The notes beneath the pieces are model-generated. The model searched no databases. It was not told the origin of the DNA and saw only the letters and a program-made list of their open reading frames with translations. This document shows, piece by piece, positions 8,496 through 19,407 of a DNA stretch of 64,000 nt. Positions within the stretch are counted from its first letter, which is position 1, and every line of letters starts with the position of its first letter. The position numbers were made by a program, and so were the translations under genes. The stretch is from Candidatus Poseidoniaceae archaeon (lineage in GTDB: Archaea > Thermoplasmatota > Poseidoniia > Poseidoniales > Poseidoniaceae), in the NCBI GenBank assembly GCA_943788655.1, contig CALSRB010000002.1, forward strand, positions 395,081 to 459,080, given 5' to 3'.

Positions 8496-11400
8496 ATGAA
8501 GATGCAAGCACGCCTTCTCGCTCTAACAATTGTGACCCTATTCGTGGGCAGTGTCCTTGTTGGATTTACTGCGGATATGAATCCACTCAACACAGAAAAA
8601 ACGCTCAATGAAGAGCCTGTTATTCAACAAGCAAGTTCGGCAACCAGCCCGGGACACGTCGTGTTTGGACAGTACATCTCATCCGACAACTGTGGTCACT
8701 GCTCGAAAACAGGCGGTGGCTCAGATGCACACCACGCAGTGAAGCAACTTCACCCTGATGAGTATGTCTACATCACTTACATGTCTGCATCCTATGGCGA
8801 TACCGACACCGCCCGAGCAGGCAATGTTGCCCCTTACAACTGGGCTTGGTCCACAGGTGGCGCACCGGACGCTTACTTCGGAGACCGCACCGACAAGAAC
8901 CAAGGCGGAGCTTCATCAAATTACGATACATACGATTCACTCTTCTCTTCTGGCGGAGGAATGGCTGCAACAGTCAATGATTACGGCATGTCCGCCTCAA
9001 TTGGACAAACTGGTGGCACCTACGACATCGACATTTCCTACAAATACACAGGATCTGGTAGCCCAGCAAGCAACATGAAACTTTACGCTGCACTTGTTGA
9101 CAAGGACTGCACAGGTTACACATACTCCTCTGGGATTCCCCACGGATACAACTGCTGGATGGCTTGGCTCACCGACAGTGACACCTACAAATCAAAGAGC
9201 GCCGGTTCCGGTACATCCTTTGCATCAGTCGCCCCAACGTCAACTTCCCAATCTGTCACATGGTCGAGTGTTCCAGCAGCAGTCGTACCGGGTGGCTTGA
9301 ACAAGGCGGTCGTAATTGGCGTTCTGATGGCAGGAAACCAAGTTTCAGTGGGCGGTACTTCAGCCCACGTCTACCACGCCATTGATTCGACAATGGGTCC
9401 AAAGATGGACCTCGCTCCAAACGGCCTCAGTGTCACAAACCCAACCGGTGGCACCTCGTACATCATCGGCGACACTGTCACCCTTGATACGACCATCAAC
9501 AACCTCGGCGACCTTGACTACAGCGCCGGCGGAAACATCGAGTTCTTTTACAAGAACGGCATTAATGAAGTCTCAATTGACACGAAATCTCTGAACGCCA
9601 TCAACACCGGTGGCTCTCAAACCGCATCTGTGAACTTTGACACCTCTGTCCTTCCGACAAACGGATGGAAGACCACATTCGGCGTCCGCCTCACAGGCCT
9701 CGTGGACGAGACGCAAAGTGCCAACAATGTGGCTTTGTCTGAACTTGACCACGACCGACCACCGCTTGCGAAGAAGGCACAGGTCGAAGGCGACAACGTC
9801 ATTGCCCGTGGCACTCAATTCAACATTCTCGCCAAAGGCGATGCTGACGACAATGTCGACACCATCGATTCGATGAGTTTCAACATTGAAGTCTCCCCAA
9901 CAGGAGCAAATCAATGGTCAAGCGACATTGTATCCGGTGGGGAGATGGTCATGTATCCAGGCTCGCCAAGCGAAGGGCGTGCCTACCTCCTCAGCCCATC
10001 GATGAACATGGCCTCTGGCTGGTATGACATTCGATCACAAACAGTGGATTCACGAGGACAGACAAGCGACTGGATTGTCACCGCAGGCACTGATGGTTTC
10101 AAACTCGCCAACGGAATTCCTTCCATTGTCGCAGAGCCAATTCCATCTGTTCTTTGTGATACAACAACCAAGTTCGACCTTACCGGGCACGTCTCTGACC
10201 CAGAGACACCCTTGGGGAGCCTTGTCATCACATCAGACAGTCCTTCATTCGTAGCATGGCATCCATCAACCACAGAACTCGAAGTTAAATTCGCATGGAA
10301 TGAAATCAATGGATGTCCACTCGGACAGCAAGGTATGGAGATTCGAGTCGATGACGGAGGAGATTACTCCGAAGTTGGAGAGTTGCCATACGGAACACTC
10401 CTGTTCAATGTTCTCGAAAATGGACAACCACGTTGGGAAGGACTCCCTACACAAACCGTCGAAGAAGGAGGGTCAGGCATCATTGACCTGCTCCCGTTCC
10501 TTTCTGACACCGACGACACTGGCCAACCTGTGAACGCAAACACGCTCACAGTTTCCATGATCAGCACCTCAAATGATGAGATCATTTCCTTCACCCTTGA
10601 AGGCTACGCTCTTGCCTTTGAGACAATCGACAATGACGTTAACGGTCAGTCAATGGTGACCCTCCGTGCAAGCGACGGCGAGCAAATCTCCGAGCAAACC
10701 ATGATTGTGCAAATCAATCCAAGCAACGATGCGCCCCGAATCGACCTTGACAGCATGGAATCGATTCAACTGAAGCGAAATGAGCAGATGGTCGTTGATC
10801 TAAGCACGAGAATCAGCGACATCGATGACCCTGCGGAAGAAGCATTCCTCACCGTCGATTCAACTGAATCTGGAGCGGCACGATACAACCTCTTGACGGG
10901 AATGCTGACCCTTCAGTTTGAGCAAGTAGGCGCACAAACAGTGACCCTCACCATCATGGACAAGTACGATACAAACACCTACCAAATGATTGTGAATGTG
11001 TACGACGCACTTCCGTTGGAAATTTCAACGGTCGGTGACGGAACGGGACACATATTTGCCGACCTGACTGACACATACATCGGCCAAACACCAACGGTCA
11101 AAATGACGCTCACTGACACAGCACCAGTGTTCACATACATGATGGCAAATTGGAACGTCTGCAATGAATTAACTGGCACCTGTGACGGTTTGCTCACCTA
11201 CGAACTGGATGTCACACAATCCGCAACTGGATGGAGCAACCTCCTCGACATGCCTTCCCTCGTCTTCGAAGGACAGTCTGCCCGAGAGGACGGATCAAGA
11301 GACCGTGATTACTACGAACTTGAGATGACCGCAAGTGATGCCAATGGTGATGATTACAAGACCCTCACCAAGTTGAAGTGGACCATCACCGAATCAGCTC

Positions 11401-11939
11401 CAACACCTGACCAAATGGACGATTCGACGCTCGAGGCACACGTCGTTAACCTTCAAGCAACCAAGGCATCAATTATTGGAAGCATTGCAGAATCCACTGG
11501 CGACACCACAGATCTCGAGGCAGACCTCGCTGAAGTGGAGGTAAGACTCGAGATCGCTTGTGCCGACCCACGTTCAGATTGCCCAACAGATACAGCGTCA
11601 GGAACGACCAACACAGACACATCTGAATCAATTCCAATGGAACTTGTCTTTGCTGGAATTGGCATCCTCATCGTTGCCCTTCTGATTGGCCTCATGTTCA
11701 CCCGTAGCGGCAACAACAACGAAGTCGAAGACTGGAGCGCTAGCATGGTGCCAGCGAATGACATGGTTGCAAATTCCATGTACGGTGGCGCCCAAGAAAT
11801 CTTCCAAGCCCCTGCACCGGTTGTTCAACAACAACAGTACGCTGGACCACCACTGCCAGCAACTGGATTACCCGCTGGATGGAGCATGGAACAATGGGCT
11901 TACTACGGACAGCAGTACCTTGACAACAACCAACTTTGA
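8496..11939 (+). CDS. Giant cell-surface protein (about 1147 aa): signal peptide, multiple beta-rich/cadherin-like repeats, C-terminal TM anchor, Q-rich cytoplasmic tail with PPLP and GW..WAYY motif
   Basis: Start moved to ATG 8496 (MKMQARLLALTIVTLFVGSVLVG is a signal/TM). C-terminal TM VFAGIGILIVALLIGLMF. Tail ...QQQQYAGPPLPATGLPAGWSMEQWAYYGQQYLDNNQL. Confidence 0.8.
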   Translation: MKMQARLLALTIVTLFVGSVLVGFTADMNPLNTEKTLNEEPVIQQASSATSPGHVVFGQYISSDNCGHCSKTGGGSDAHHAVKQLHPDEYVYITYMSASYGDTDTARAGNVAPYNWAWSTGGAPDAYFGDRTDKNQGGASSNYDTYDSLFSSGGGMAATVNDYGMSASIGQTGGTYDIDISYKYTGSGSPASNMKLYAALVDKDCTGYTYSSGIPHGYNCWMAWLTDSDTYKSKSAGSGTSFASVAPTSTSQSVTWSSVPAAVVPGGLNKAVVIGVLMAGNQVSVGGTSAHVYHAIDSTMGPKMDLAPNGLSVTNPTGGTSYIIGDTVTLDTTINNLGDLDYSAGGNIEFFYKNGINEVSIDTKSLNAINTGGSQTASVNFDTSVLPTNGWKTTFGVRLTGLVDETQSANNVALSELDHDRPPLAKKAQVEGDNVIARGTQFNILAKGDADDNVDTIDSMSFNIEVSPTGANQWSSDIVSGGEMVMYPGSPSEGRAYLLSPSMNMASGWYDIRSQTVDSRGQTSDWIVTAGTDGFKLANGIPSIVAEPIPSVLCDTTTKFDLTGHVSDPETPLGSLVITSDSPSFVAWHPSTTELEVKFAWNEINGCPLGQQGMEIRVDDGGDYSEVGELPYGTLLFNVLENGQPRWEGLPTQTVEEGGSGIIDLLPFLSDTDDTGQPVNANTLTVSMISTSNDEIISFTLEGYALAFETIDNDVNGQSMVTLRASDGEQISEQTMIVQINPSNDAPRIDLDSMESIQLKRNEQMVVDLSTRISDIDDPAEEAFLTVDSTESGAARYNLLTGMLTLQFEQVGAQTVTLTIMDKYDTNTYQMIVNVYDALPLEISTVGDGTGHIFADLTDTYIGQTPTVKMTLTDTAPVFTYMMANWNVCNELTGTCDGLLTYELDVTQSATGWSNLLDMPSLVFEGQSAREDGSRDRDYYELEMTASDANGDDYKTLTKLKWTITESAPTPDQMDDSTLEAHVVNLQATKASIIGSIAESTGDTTDLEADLAEVEVRLEIACADPRSDCPTDTASGTTNTDTSESIPMELVFAGIGILIVALLIGLMFTRSGNNNEVEDWSASMVPANDMVANSMYGGAQEIFQAPAPVVQQQQYAGPPLPATGLPAGWSMEQWAYYGQQYLDNNQL

Positions 11940-12013
11940 GTTGGTGCTTTTGCACCATCTTGATACACGGTGAATTGTAAACCCATAAAGGGGAGTAGCG
12001 TGGAGGGTATAAC

Positions 12014-14092
12014 GTGACCGAAGAAATTGCTGAGGACGAAGCGCCTCTCACGGCCGCCGAGGATGGCGCTGATTCCACTGAGAACAGCCTACCTGTCGTT
12101 GATGAAACTGAAGTCACCGTGTGGGCCCCGGAGCCCTCTGCTGGTGGTGACGACATCATCGCTGATAGCGTTGAACAATGGATTCAATCCGTTAATTTCG
12201 AATCGACCGAGGATGTACCAATTCCCGATCGCCTCGTCGACCAAGTCATCGGGCAAGAAGCGGGCTCCATTGTCATCAGGAAGGCAGCAGAACAACGACG
12301 TCACATGTTGATGATTGGCGATCCCGGCACAGGAAAGTCGATGCTGGCGCGTTCCATGACCGACCTGCTTCCAAAAGACGCACTCGAAGATCTCCTCGTC
12401 TACCCAAACGAAGATGACGAGAATGAACCAAGGGTCCGCTCCGTTCCTGCAGGCCGAGGCGACCGCATTGTCAAGTTGCAAAAGGAATCAATGCGAACAC
12501 AGCGTGAACGCTCTCAAAAGATGCTCCTCATTGCCTTTGCAGCTGTTGGATTCCTCATCCTCATCGCAACCCTCCAGTCCGGTGACATCATCACCCTCTT
12601 GTTCGGAGGATTTTTGCTTATGTTCGGATACATGTTCATCCGTGGACGACTAAGTTCGGGCGATGAAAGCAGGATTCCAAAGGTCCTTGTCAAGCACGAA
12701 TCTTCAGAACTCCCCCCCTTCGTCGATGCGACCGCAACCCTCTCTGGCTCCCTCCTCGGTGATGTTCGTCACGATCCGTTCCAGTCTGGCGGCATGGAAA
12801 CCCCAGCACACGACCGAGTCGAACCAGGTGCAATCCACAGAGCGCACAAGGGTGTCCTCTACATCGACGAAGTGAACCTTCTCCGGCTTGAGGAACAACA
12901 GGCCCTGCTCACAGCAATGCAAGAACGTGCGTTCCCAATTTCCGGACGTTCAGAGCGATCTTCAGGAGCGCTCACAAAGACCGAGCCTGTACCGTGTGAC
13001 TTCATCCTCATCGCTGCGGGCAACCTCGATGCAATTCAAGGCATGCACCCTGCTCTACGAAGCAGAATTCGTGGCTATGGTTACGAAGTCTATGTCAACT
13101 CCGAAATGCCGGACACTGCACGGAACCGACGCCGACTTATCCGTTTCATCGCTCAAGAAGTGCGACGTGATATGGGAACCAGCCGTGAGATCCCACACTT
13201 CGAAAAGAGTGCCGTGGCGATTATCCTCCGAGAAGCGCAACGACGTGCTGGCCGCCGTGGAAAACTCTCGCTCCGACTCCGTGAACTCGGTGGCCTCGTG
13301 CGAATTGCTGGCGACCTTGCAATGGAAGAGGGCGCACCCCTCACCACTGCTGCGCATGTGCTTGGTGCACGAAACATCGCAAAGCCGCTCGAGCAACAAG
13401 TCGCCGACCGCATGATTGAACGACGTCTCGATTATGCGCTTGTCGTCAACTCTGGCGAACGCATTGGCCGAGTCAATGGCTTGGCTGTTCTCGGGGCGAA
13501 CTCCGGTCTCTCGGACTTTAGCGGAATCATGCTCCCAGTGGAGGCGCTTGTTACACCATCCCAAGGTGGCGGCGGTAAAATCCACGCCACTGGAGGGCTT
13601 TCTGACCTAGCAAAAGAGAGTGTTACCAACGTCAGCGCTGTCATCAAGAAATTAACTGGAAAGGACATTTCCGACTATGACATCCACATCCAGTTTGTCG
13701 ATACACATGGCGTGGATGGAGATTCTGCCTCGATTACGATCGCCACTGCGATCATTTCCGCCCTTGAAAGCATCCCGATTCGTCAAGATTTGGCAATGAC
13801 GGGATCGCTCTCCGTTCGTGGAGAGGTGTTGCCAATTGGCGGCGTCACAGCCAAGATTGAGGCAGCTGCACGCTCGGGCATCAAGACGGTCATCATCCCA
13901 CGAGCAAACGAACAAGATGTTCTCCTCGATACAAAGTACGAATCGATGATTGAGGTCATACCTGTCGACACATTGGATGAAGTGATGCAATGCGCCCTCA
14001 TCAAGCACGCAGAAAAGGCCGGACTTGTCGAGCGTCTTGGCGCCGTCATCGACCGACTCACGCCTGTCGGTGGCAGCCTTCCGTCGGCTTGA
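12014..14092 (+). CDS. lon: Archaeal membrane-bound Lon protease (LonB) with an acidic N-terminal extension
   Basis: Walker A GDPGTGKS; two TM helices inserted in the AAA domain ([32 protein letters not shown]); Ser-Lys dyad protease domain (DGDSASIT..., KIEAA); GTG start. Confidence 0.85.
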   Translation: MTEEIAEDEAPLTAAEDGADSTENSLPVVDETEVTVWAPEPSAGGDDIIADSVEQWIQSVNFESTEDVPIPDRLVDQVIGQEAGSIVIRKAAEQRRHMLMIGDPGTGKSMLARSMTDLLPKDALEDLLVYPNEDDENEPRVRSVPAGRGDRIVKLQKESMRTQRERSQKMLLIAFAAVGFLILIATLQSGDIITLLFGGFLLMFGYMFIRGRLSSGDESRIPKVLVKHESSELPPFVDATATLSGSLLGDVRHDPFQSGGMETPAHDRVEPGAIHRAHKGVLYIDEVNLLRLEEQQALLTAMQERAFPISGRSERSSGALTKTEPVPCDFILIAAGNLDAIQGMHPALRSRIRGYGYEVYVNSEMPDTARNRRRLIRFIAQEVRRDMGTSREIPHFEKSAVAIILREAQRRAGRRGKLSLRLRELGGLVRIAGDLAMEEGAPLTTAAHVLGARNIAKPLEQQVADRMIERRLDYALVVNSGERIGRVNGLAVLGANSGLSDFSGIMLPVEALVTPSQGGGGKIHATGGLSDLAKESVTNVSAVIKKLTGKDISDYDIHIQFVDTHGVDGDSASITIATAIISALESIPIRQDLAMTGSLSVRGEVLPIGGVTAKIEAAARSGIKTVIIPRANEQDVLLDTKYESMIEVIPVDTLDEVMQCALIKHAEKAGLVERLGAVIDRLTPVGGSLPSA

Positions 14093-14165
14093 GAGTCTCC
14101 AAAGGATGAACAAACACCAATAGCCCACCCGTTGGTTACAAGAAGCCCGCTCGATTCGCCAAACC

Positions 14166-15536
14166 ATGGACACCACAACCGATCAACCACTCCCGGTTGT
14201 CGACGCAAGCAAGGGTGCCCTTTTCGTCCTTTTTTTGGTGACCGTCATTGATATGATTGGGTTTGGGATTGTGATTCCTTTCCTCACCTACTTGGTTGAG
14301 GATCTTACGCCTGCAAGTCAAGAAGCAAGCATCGGTATTTGGGTTGGCGTGCTGATGACTTCATACTCGGCGGCTCAATTCCTCTTTTCGCCGTTTTGGG
14401 GGTCACTCTCTGATAAAATTGGCCGACGGCCAGTGCTCCTCATAGGACTGATTGGCAACACCGTCTTCTTCACAATGTTCGGACTTGCAAACACCCTATG
14501 GCTCGCCTTAGCAGCACGCTTCCTCGCTGGTGTGTTCAATGGCAACCTTGCGGTGGCACGGGCCTACATTGGAGATGTGAGCAGCCCTCAACAATTGGCG
14601 ACACGAATGGGCCTCATTGGTGCTGCGTTTGGACTTGGTTTCACGTTTGGACCGTTCATCGGGGGCGAACTATCTGATCCTGCAAGCCGATGGGCATCGT
14701 TCGAAGGGACGATTTTTGACAGCCACCCTTACTTGCTCCCCTGTGCAGTAGCAAGCCTCCTTTCTGTGCTTTCACTTCTTGTTGCCTTTCGAAGTTTGCC
14801 GGAATCACTCCCCCCGGAACGTCGCACAAGTGGCGAGAAGAAATCGAAAGAAGGTGGCATGCTCAAGACAATGCAAAGCACAAGCGAGATGCTCCGGTCA
14901 GGTAGCACCTCTGTAGTCATCTGGGTGACCATGCTGTTCATTTTTGGATTCACCATCATGCACGCTGTGTTTATCCTGTACACTCAGATGGTACCAGCAG
15001 ACGGTGGCCTTGCTTTCTCGGAAGCCGACAATGGCCGAGTCTTTGCGCTCATTGGTGTTTCAGGCATTGTAACGCAAGGGCTGCTGATTGGGCCGCTCAC
15101 AAGAAAATTTGGAACACGACGCTTGATCCCAATGGCAATTGTGATTACAGGGATTGGGCTTGTTCTCATCCCATACAGCCAATATGAGTCGAGATGGCTG
15201 CATGTGCTCATCGTCGGTGTCCTCGTATCCGTTGGCAACGGCTTGTTCACACCATCTTCCTCCTCGTTCCTCACACGAATTGCAAAATCAGAGGGGTACG
15301 AATTGGGTGTGGTGATGGGAGCGCAAGAATCAGTAAGTGCATTTTCAAGGATCATCGGACCACTTACTGGAGGTTTTGTTTGGGTGTTGACCTACTCGAG
15401 GGATTGGCCATTTGACTACCATACTGCTTTCCACATTTGTGGCATCCTCATGGTATTTGCTGCACTGTTGTCCCTGAAACTCCCACCGCTTCCAGAGGAA
15501 CAAGAAGTCTTGGAACACACCGTAGAAGGTGAATGA
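14166..15536 (+). CDS. MFS transporter (DHA1-like, 12 TM)
   Basis: MFS signature region GxLSDKIGRRPVLL, 12 predicted TM helices. Confidence 0.8.
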   Translation: MDTTTDQPLPVVDASKGALFVLFLVTVIDMIGFGIVIPFLTYLVEDLTPASQEASIGIWVGVLMTSYSAAQFLFSPFWGSLSDKIGRRPVLLIGLIGNTVFFTMFGLANTLWLALAARFLAGVFNGNLAVARAYIGDVSSPQQLATRMGLIGAAFGLGFTFGPFIGGELSDPASRWASFEGTIFDSHPYLLPCAVASLLSVLSLLVAFRSLPESLPPERRTSGEKKSKEGGMLKTMQSTSEMLRSGSTSVVIWVTMLFIFGFTIMHAVFILYTQMVPADGGLAFSEADNGRVFALIGVSGIVTQGLLIGPLTRKFGTRRLIPMAIVITGIGLVLIPYSQYESRWLHVLIVGVLVSVGNGLFTPSSSSFLTRIAKSEGYELGVVMGAQESVSAFSRIIGPLTGGFVWVLTYSRDWPFDYHTAFHICGILMVFAALLSLKLPPLPEEQEVLEHTVEGE

Positions 15537-15576
15537 ACTGGACTATCTTCAAGAGGGGCATTCTCAACCATGACCT

Positions 15577-16998
15577 ATGCAGCACGCAACAACGGCTTGG
15601 GATTCAGGCCGTTTTAATCGAAGGGTCACAACCTTTGCACATGCAATGATCATCATCAGTTTGGCCGTTGTTTGGTTGATTCTGCTGAAGGGAGTCTTGC
15701 AACCTTTCTTCATTGCACTTGGCCTGTACTTCGTCCTTAAACCAGGTTCCGACTACCTCTCTACAAATGGATTTCCCGTGATTCTGTCCTACCTCACAAT
15801 GGTCCTTCTAACATTGCTCGTAGTGTCTTCAGCGGCCTTCTTTGCGTATCAACAAGCAGCAGATGTCCTTGAGGACGAGGCGAAGATGGATGAATACAAC
15901 ATCCTCCTCGAAGAACGCTGGCACGATTTGAAGACGGGGACGGCGTTGTCTGCAGCATTCGATGATGATAATGCCCTTAACAACACGCTTGTCGAAGATT
16001 TAGCAGAATGGGGGGTTCTTGAAAACGATGAAGAAATTTCAGATGCGGCAGTTGGCATGCTTGCAGGTGTGGGTTCAATGCTCACAACGAGCATCACAGT
16101 GATGTTTTTCCTCATTTTCATCATCTTTGAGGCTAGCTTGCTACCGGGCCGAATTGAGCGTGCTTGGCCGGGTGGAGCCAGTGAGAAAGTCCAGATTGTT
16201 CGAAGCAAGATCGAAGCCAGCGTCAACACCTACATTGTCGTGAAGACGGGTGTAGGGCTTGGAACAGCCGTTTGTGCGGGAATCATCATGCTTGTCTTTG
16301 GCATTGAATTGTGGTTCACATGGGCGTTGTTGACCTTCTTGCTGAATTATGTGCCATACATCGGTTCGTTAATCGCGACGCTACCACCGATTATCCTTGG
16401 ACTCATTCTGCTTGAACCGGCGAGCCTCGCACTCCTGATCCTGTTGCTGCTCACCAACCAACAGGTGTGGGGGCAAATAATTGAGACACGATGGGCTGGA
16501 AGAGCCCTTGACCTCTCCCCTGTCGTCTTGTTGCTTGTGACAGCAATCTCATTTGCAGGATGGGGGATTCTCGGGATGATTCTCGCCGTGCCATTTGCGG
16601 TGATCATCAAGATTGTCTTGGAGAACATCGAAGCAACACGCCCAATTTCCATCTTGCTTTCAGAACGGGCACCATCGATTGATGAAGCATGGAACGAGGC
16701 TATGAAAGATGGAAAATTATCCTCCTTCGAAACGCAGTCCCTCGGGCAATTGCAAGAAGTTCTTGGCTATTCAAACCGAGAAGTTAAACTCATTTCGGGC
16801 CGAATTGCAGTCGAACGAGTGCTCCGAAAGAACAAGATTACAGATGACCAATTGGACCTCATAGCAGGCGTGGCAGATGAACTACGCCACCACCAAGATT
16901 TAGCAGCCGAAGTGACTTCATCCCTGCATCAAGGAAAGATTCCTAAGGAAGTTCGCCCCTTGCTCAAGCAGTTCCTTACTGCAATCGAAGAAGAGTAA
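15577..16998 (+). CDS. AI-2E family (PerM/UPF0118) transporter with an approximately 120-aa cytoplasmic C-terminal extension
   Basis: LLNYVPYIGSLIATLPPIILGL and WGILGMILAVPFAVIIKIV are typical of the AI-2E family. Confidence 0.65.
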   Translation: MQHATTAWDSGRFNRRVTTFAHAMIIISLAVVWLILLKGVLQPFFIALGLYFVLKPGSDYLSTNGFPVILSYLTMVLLTLLVVSSAAFFAYQQAADVLEDEAKMDEYNILLEERWHDLKTGTALSAAFDDDNALNNTLVEDLAEWGVLENDEEISDAAVGMLAGVGSMLTTSITVMFFLIFIIFEASLLPGRIERAWPGGASEKVQIVRSKIEASVNTYIVVKTGVGLGTAVCAGIIMLVFGIELWFTWALLTFLLNYVPYIGSLIATLPPIILGLILLEPASLALLILLLLTNQQVWGQIIETRWAGRALDLSPVVLLLVTAISFAGWGILGMILAVPFAVIIKIVLENIEATRPISILLSERAPSIDEAWNEAMKDGKLSSFETQSLGQLQEVLGYSNREVKLISGRIAVERVLRKNKITDDQLDLIAGVADELRHHQDLAAEVTSSLHQGKIPKEVRPLLKQFLTAIEEE

Positions 16999-17265
16999 TC
17001 ACAGAACTTCAGTGAGGATCTTCTCAAGTTCAGTGTTAATCATGAGAATGAGCGTTCCAAATTCAGGTGGAATGTTCGGGTCCTCGTACAACTCTTCGAG
17101 CTTGGATTGGGCCATTGCAATACGTACATCGAGTTTTTTGCCTTTGTTGAGCAACCAGTTATCACACGCTTCTTTTGCTTGACGGCGAATGTTTCGGGGA
17201 ACTTTGGGGTCATCAATTTGATTGATGACTGTAGCAACTTGTTGAAGACGTGTTTCGATATCCAT
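16999..17265 (-). CDS. UPF0147-family small conserved archaeal protein
   Basis: 88 aa, DDPKVPRNIRRQAKEA motif recalled from the UPF0147 family; helical. Confidence 0.45.
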   Translation of the reverse strand: MDIETRLQQVATVINQIDDPKVPRNIRRQAKEACDNWLLNKGKKLDVRIAMAQSKLEELYEDPNIPPEFGTLILMINTELEKILTEVL

Positions 17266-17340
17266 GTTTACAGCCCCTTTGGTCGATACCTACCGCTGTG
17301 TGTAGGCCGTCTTTAAGTTGATTGCCGCCACCCGCACGCC

Positions 17341-18339
17341 ATGGACTTCACCGAAAACGATCTTTTGGGCTGGTCCCGAATCTTCGCACTTGTCCTTGGG
17401 ATGGGATGGGCTGCGTGGATGGACCACAAAGAGCGAAGGGTTAGCAATGACCATTGGCTTGTATGGATCAAACCTGCTCTGTTTCTTTGGGCCCTGGACT
17501 TGATGAACCAAGGGGCTGACTGGACCATCTACCTCACCGCCTCCGCCGTGGTTGCCTATGCAAGCGGTGCTGTCCTCGGGCGACCGTCATTGAGCGACCT
17601 TCGAAGTGGGTCACGTCTGGACGGTGTCGTCCTCTTGTGGTACACCATCAGCAGCGTCGGCTTGGTGGCTGGGGCCTTTGCTTACCAATCCACACAGCCA
17701 TTGGATGTGCTTCTTGGTAACGACACCAGTTTGGGAGCGCTTTGGTGGAAGACGCTGAGCGTTTTATTCGTCATCGTGATTATTGACGGAGCGTGGCGAT
17801 TGCGCTTGTTGCACGGTGGAGCAGATGCAAAGGCCCTGATGTGGGTGGCGTTGTTATTCCCAAACTGGGCGACCATGCCCTTGCTCCTGTCGAATGCAAC
17901 CATGGATGCAACGGTAGCGCTCCCACCGAGTTTTGCGTTGCTCATGTGGGGTGGATTGAGTTTCCTGATCATACCGATTGTCTTGCTGGTGAAGAACATC
18001 ATAGCAGGAAACATCGCTTCGTTTGGAGATTTGAGGCTGGCTTGGCACGCCTCACGAATTGAGCGAACTGAAGTCCTCAACAGGCATGTTTGGCTCTTGA
18101 CCACATTGATCGAAATGCCGGATGGGACAACTGGTCAACACCATCGAACCCGTGCACCCAGAACAACGCCCTCCCGCAAGGAATTGGAGGCATCTGTTGC
18201 AGCGCTCGAAGAAGCAGGTGTCGACCAAGTATGGGTCAGTTCCAAATTGCCACTGTTGGTGTTTCTATTCCCAGCGATTGCACCGCTTGTGCTGTTGGGG
18301 GATCCGATGGCATTGTTGATGCCGATGCTTGGATTGTAA
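17341..18339 (+). CDS. Prepilin/preflagellin peptidase-like (A24 aspartic peptidase family; PibD/FlaK-like) with a C-terminal extension
   Basis: Polytopic membrane protein with LHGGADAKALMWVALLFP (G-x-G-D-x-K second catalytic Asp motif) and an N-proximal Asp (AWMDHKE). Confidence 0.5.
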   Translation: MDFTENDLLGWSRIFALVLGMGWAAWMDHKERRVSNDHWLVWIKPALFLWALDLMNQGADWTIYLTASAVVAYASGAVLGRPSLSDLRSGSRLDGVVLLWYTISSVGLVAGAFAYQSTQPLDVLLGNDTSLGALWWKTLSVLFVIVIIDGAWRLRLLHGGADAKALMWVALLFPNWATMPLLLSNATMDATVALPPSFALLMWGGLSFLIIPIVLLVKNIIAGNIASFGDLRLAWHASRIERTEVLNRHVWLLTTLIEMPDGTTGQHHRTRAPRTTPSRKELEASVAALEEAGVDQVWVSSKLPLLVFLFPAIAPLVLLGDPMALLMPMLGL

Positions 18340-18356
18340 GCAAAAATTGCTGAACA

Positions 18357-18506
18357 TCATGCGCCCTTGCGCTCGATGTTCTTAGCTCGTAGACCCTTAT
18401 AGCCGCACTTTCGGCAACGTGCTGCACGAACTGCGTTGCGTGCGTTGCAGCGCATGCAAATCTTGCGGTGGAGCAAGCGTGCTTCAGCTTCGGGGAATCG
18501 TGCCAT
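18357..18506 (-). CDS. rpl40e: 50S ribosomal protein L40e
   Basis: Manual translation: [49 protein letters not shown] (49 aa). Too short for the ORF track. Confidence 0.8.
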   Translation of the reverse strand: MARFPEAEARLLHRKICMRCNARNAVRAARCRKCGYKGLRAKNIERKGA

Positions 18507-18600
18507 GACCAAGCGACAAACTCCCCCTATTTAATCACAACCGAGCAGGACAATGTGGGTCTGTGCACCATTTCCATAGGATTCAAATCTTACCAACCTG

Positions 18601-19407
18601 ATGCAAAGCAGTGTTGAAAGCCCACGGCCCACTGGGCAAAGCATGCGTGTGATGCGACTACCTGGCATTCACCACGACTCAAATGTCGTCGTGGTCACTG
18701 GCTCTGCAGGTTCGCTGCTGATCAACGCTGGAACCTCTTGGTATCAGTCGCTTCAAGTCGAGCGAGTCAAAGGCCTGCTGGGCGACGAAGTGATGCTCGA
18801 CCGAATCCTCCTCACGAGCAAGCGTTACCCATGTTCAGGGGGGGCCAAACACCTTTCCGAGATGTTTGAAAATTGCCCAGTTCATGTGCATGAAGAAGGG
18901 CAAGCTGCACTTGAAACTGGTGACTTTTTCTCGACATGGGCAAATCGATTTGACTCTGACATGCCCCCGATTGGTGCCGAGCCATGTGCGAGTGGTGAAG
19001 TGTTTGCATTGGGTGATGGCGAAGTCGAGGCAATTCATCTACCGGGTTGCTCTGCCGACGAAATTGGGTATTGGATTAAAGATCAGTCAATGATGGTTCT
19101 TGGATGCACCCTTCCAAGAGCAGACCGGCCCGCTCGGTGGGATTTGCCAGGCGGCTGCTTACCAGATTTGATTGAAAGTTTAGAACGGATCCAAAAGCGA
19201 AAACCATCGGCCATTGTACCGATGCAAGGACCAGCAATCAAAGGAAAAAAGCATGTCCAAGAGGTCCTTGACCAGCACCTCAAGTTCCTCCGTGGATGCC
19301 TTGAGAGGGAGGGGGCAATCCCAAAGTCGTGGGGGCGGCCCGCACAAACCGCCATGTGGCATACGTCCCATCCGCCATGGCCGTTAAATGAAAAAGAAGC
19401 AGTCTAG
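18601..19407 (+). CDS. Hypothetical protein (possibly a degenerate metallo-beta-lactamase-fold protein)
   Basis: ORF of 268 aa; VVVVTGSAGSLLINAG...ILLTSKRYPCSGGAKHL resembles an MBL-fold core lacking the HxHxDH motif; weak. Confidence 0.3.
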   Translation: MQSSVESPRPTGQSMRVMRLPGIHHDSNVVVVTGSAGSLLINAGTSWYQSLQVERVKGLLGDEVMLDRILLTSKRYPCSGGAKHLSEMFENCPVHVHEEGQAALETGDFFSTWANRFDSDMPPIGAEPCASGEVFALGDGEVEAIHLPGCSADEIGYWIKDQSMMVLGCTLPRADRPARWDLPGGCLPDLIESLERIQKRKPSAIVPMQGPAIKGKKHVQEVLDQHLKFLRGCLEREGAIPKSWGRPAQTAMWHTSHPPWPLNEKEAV

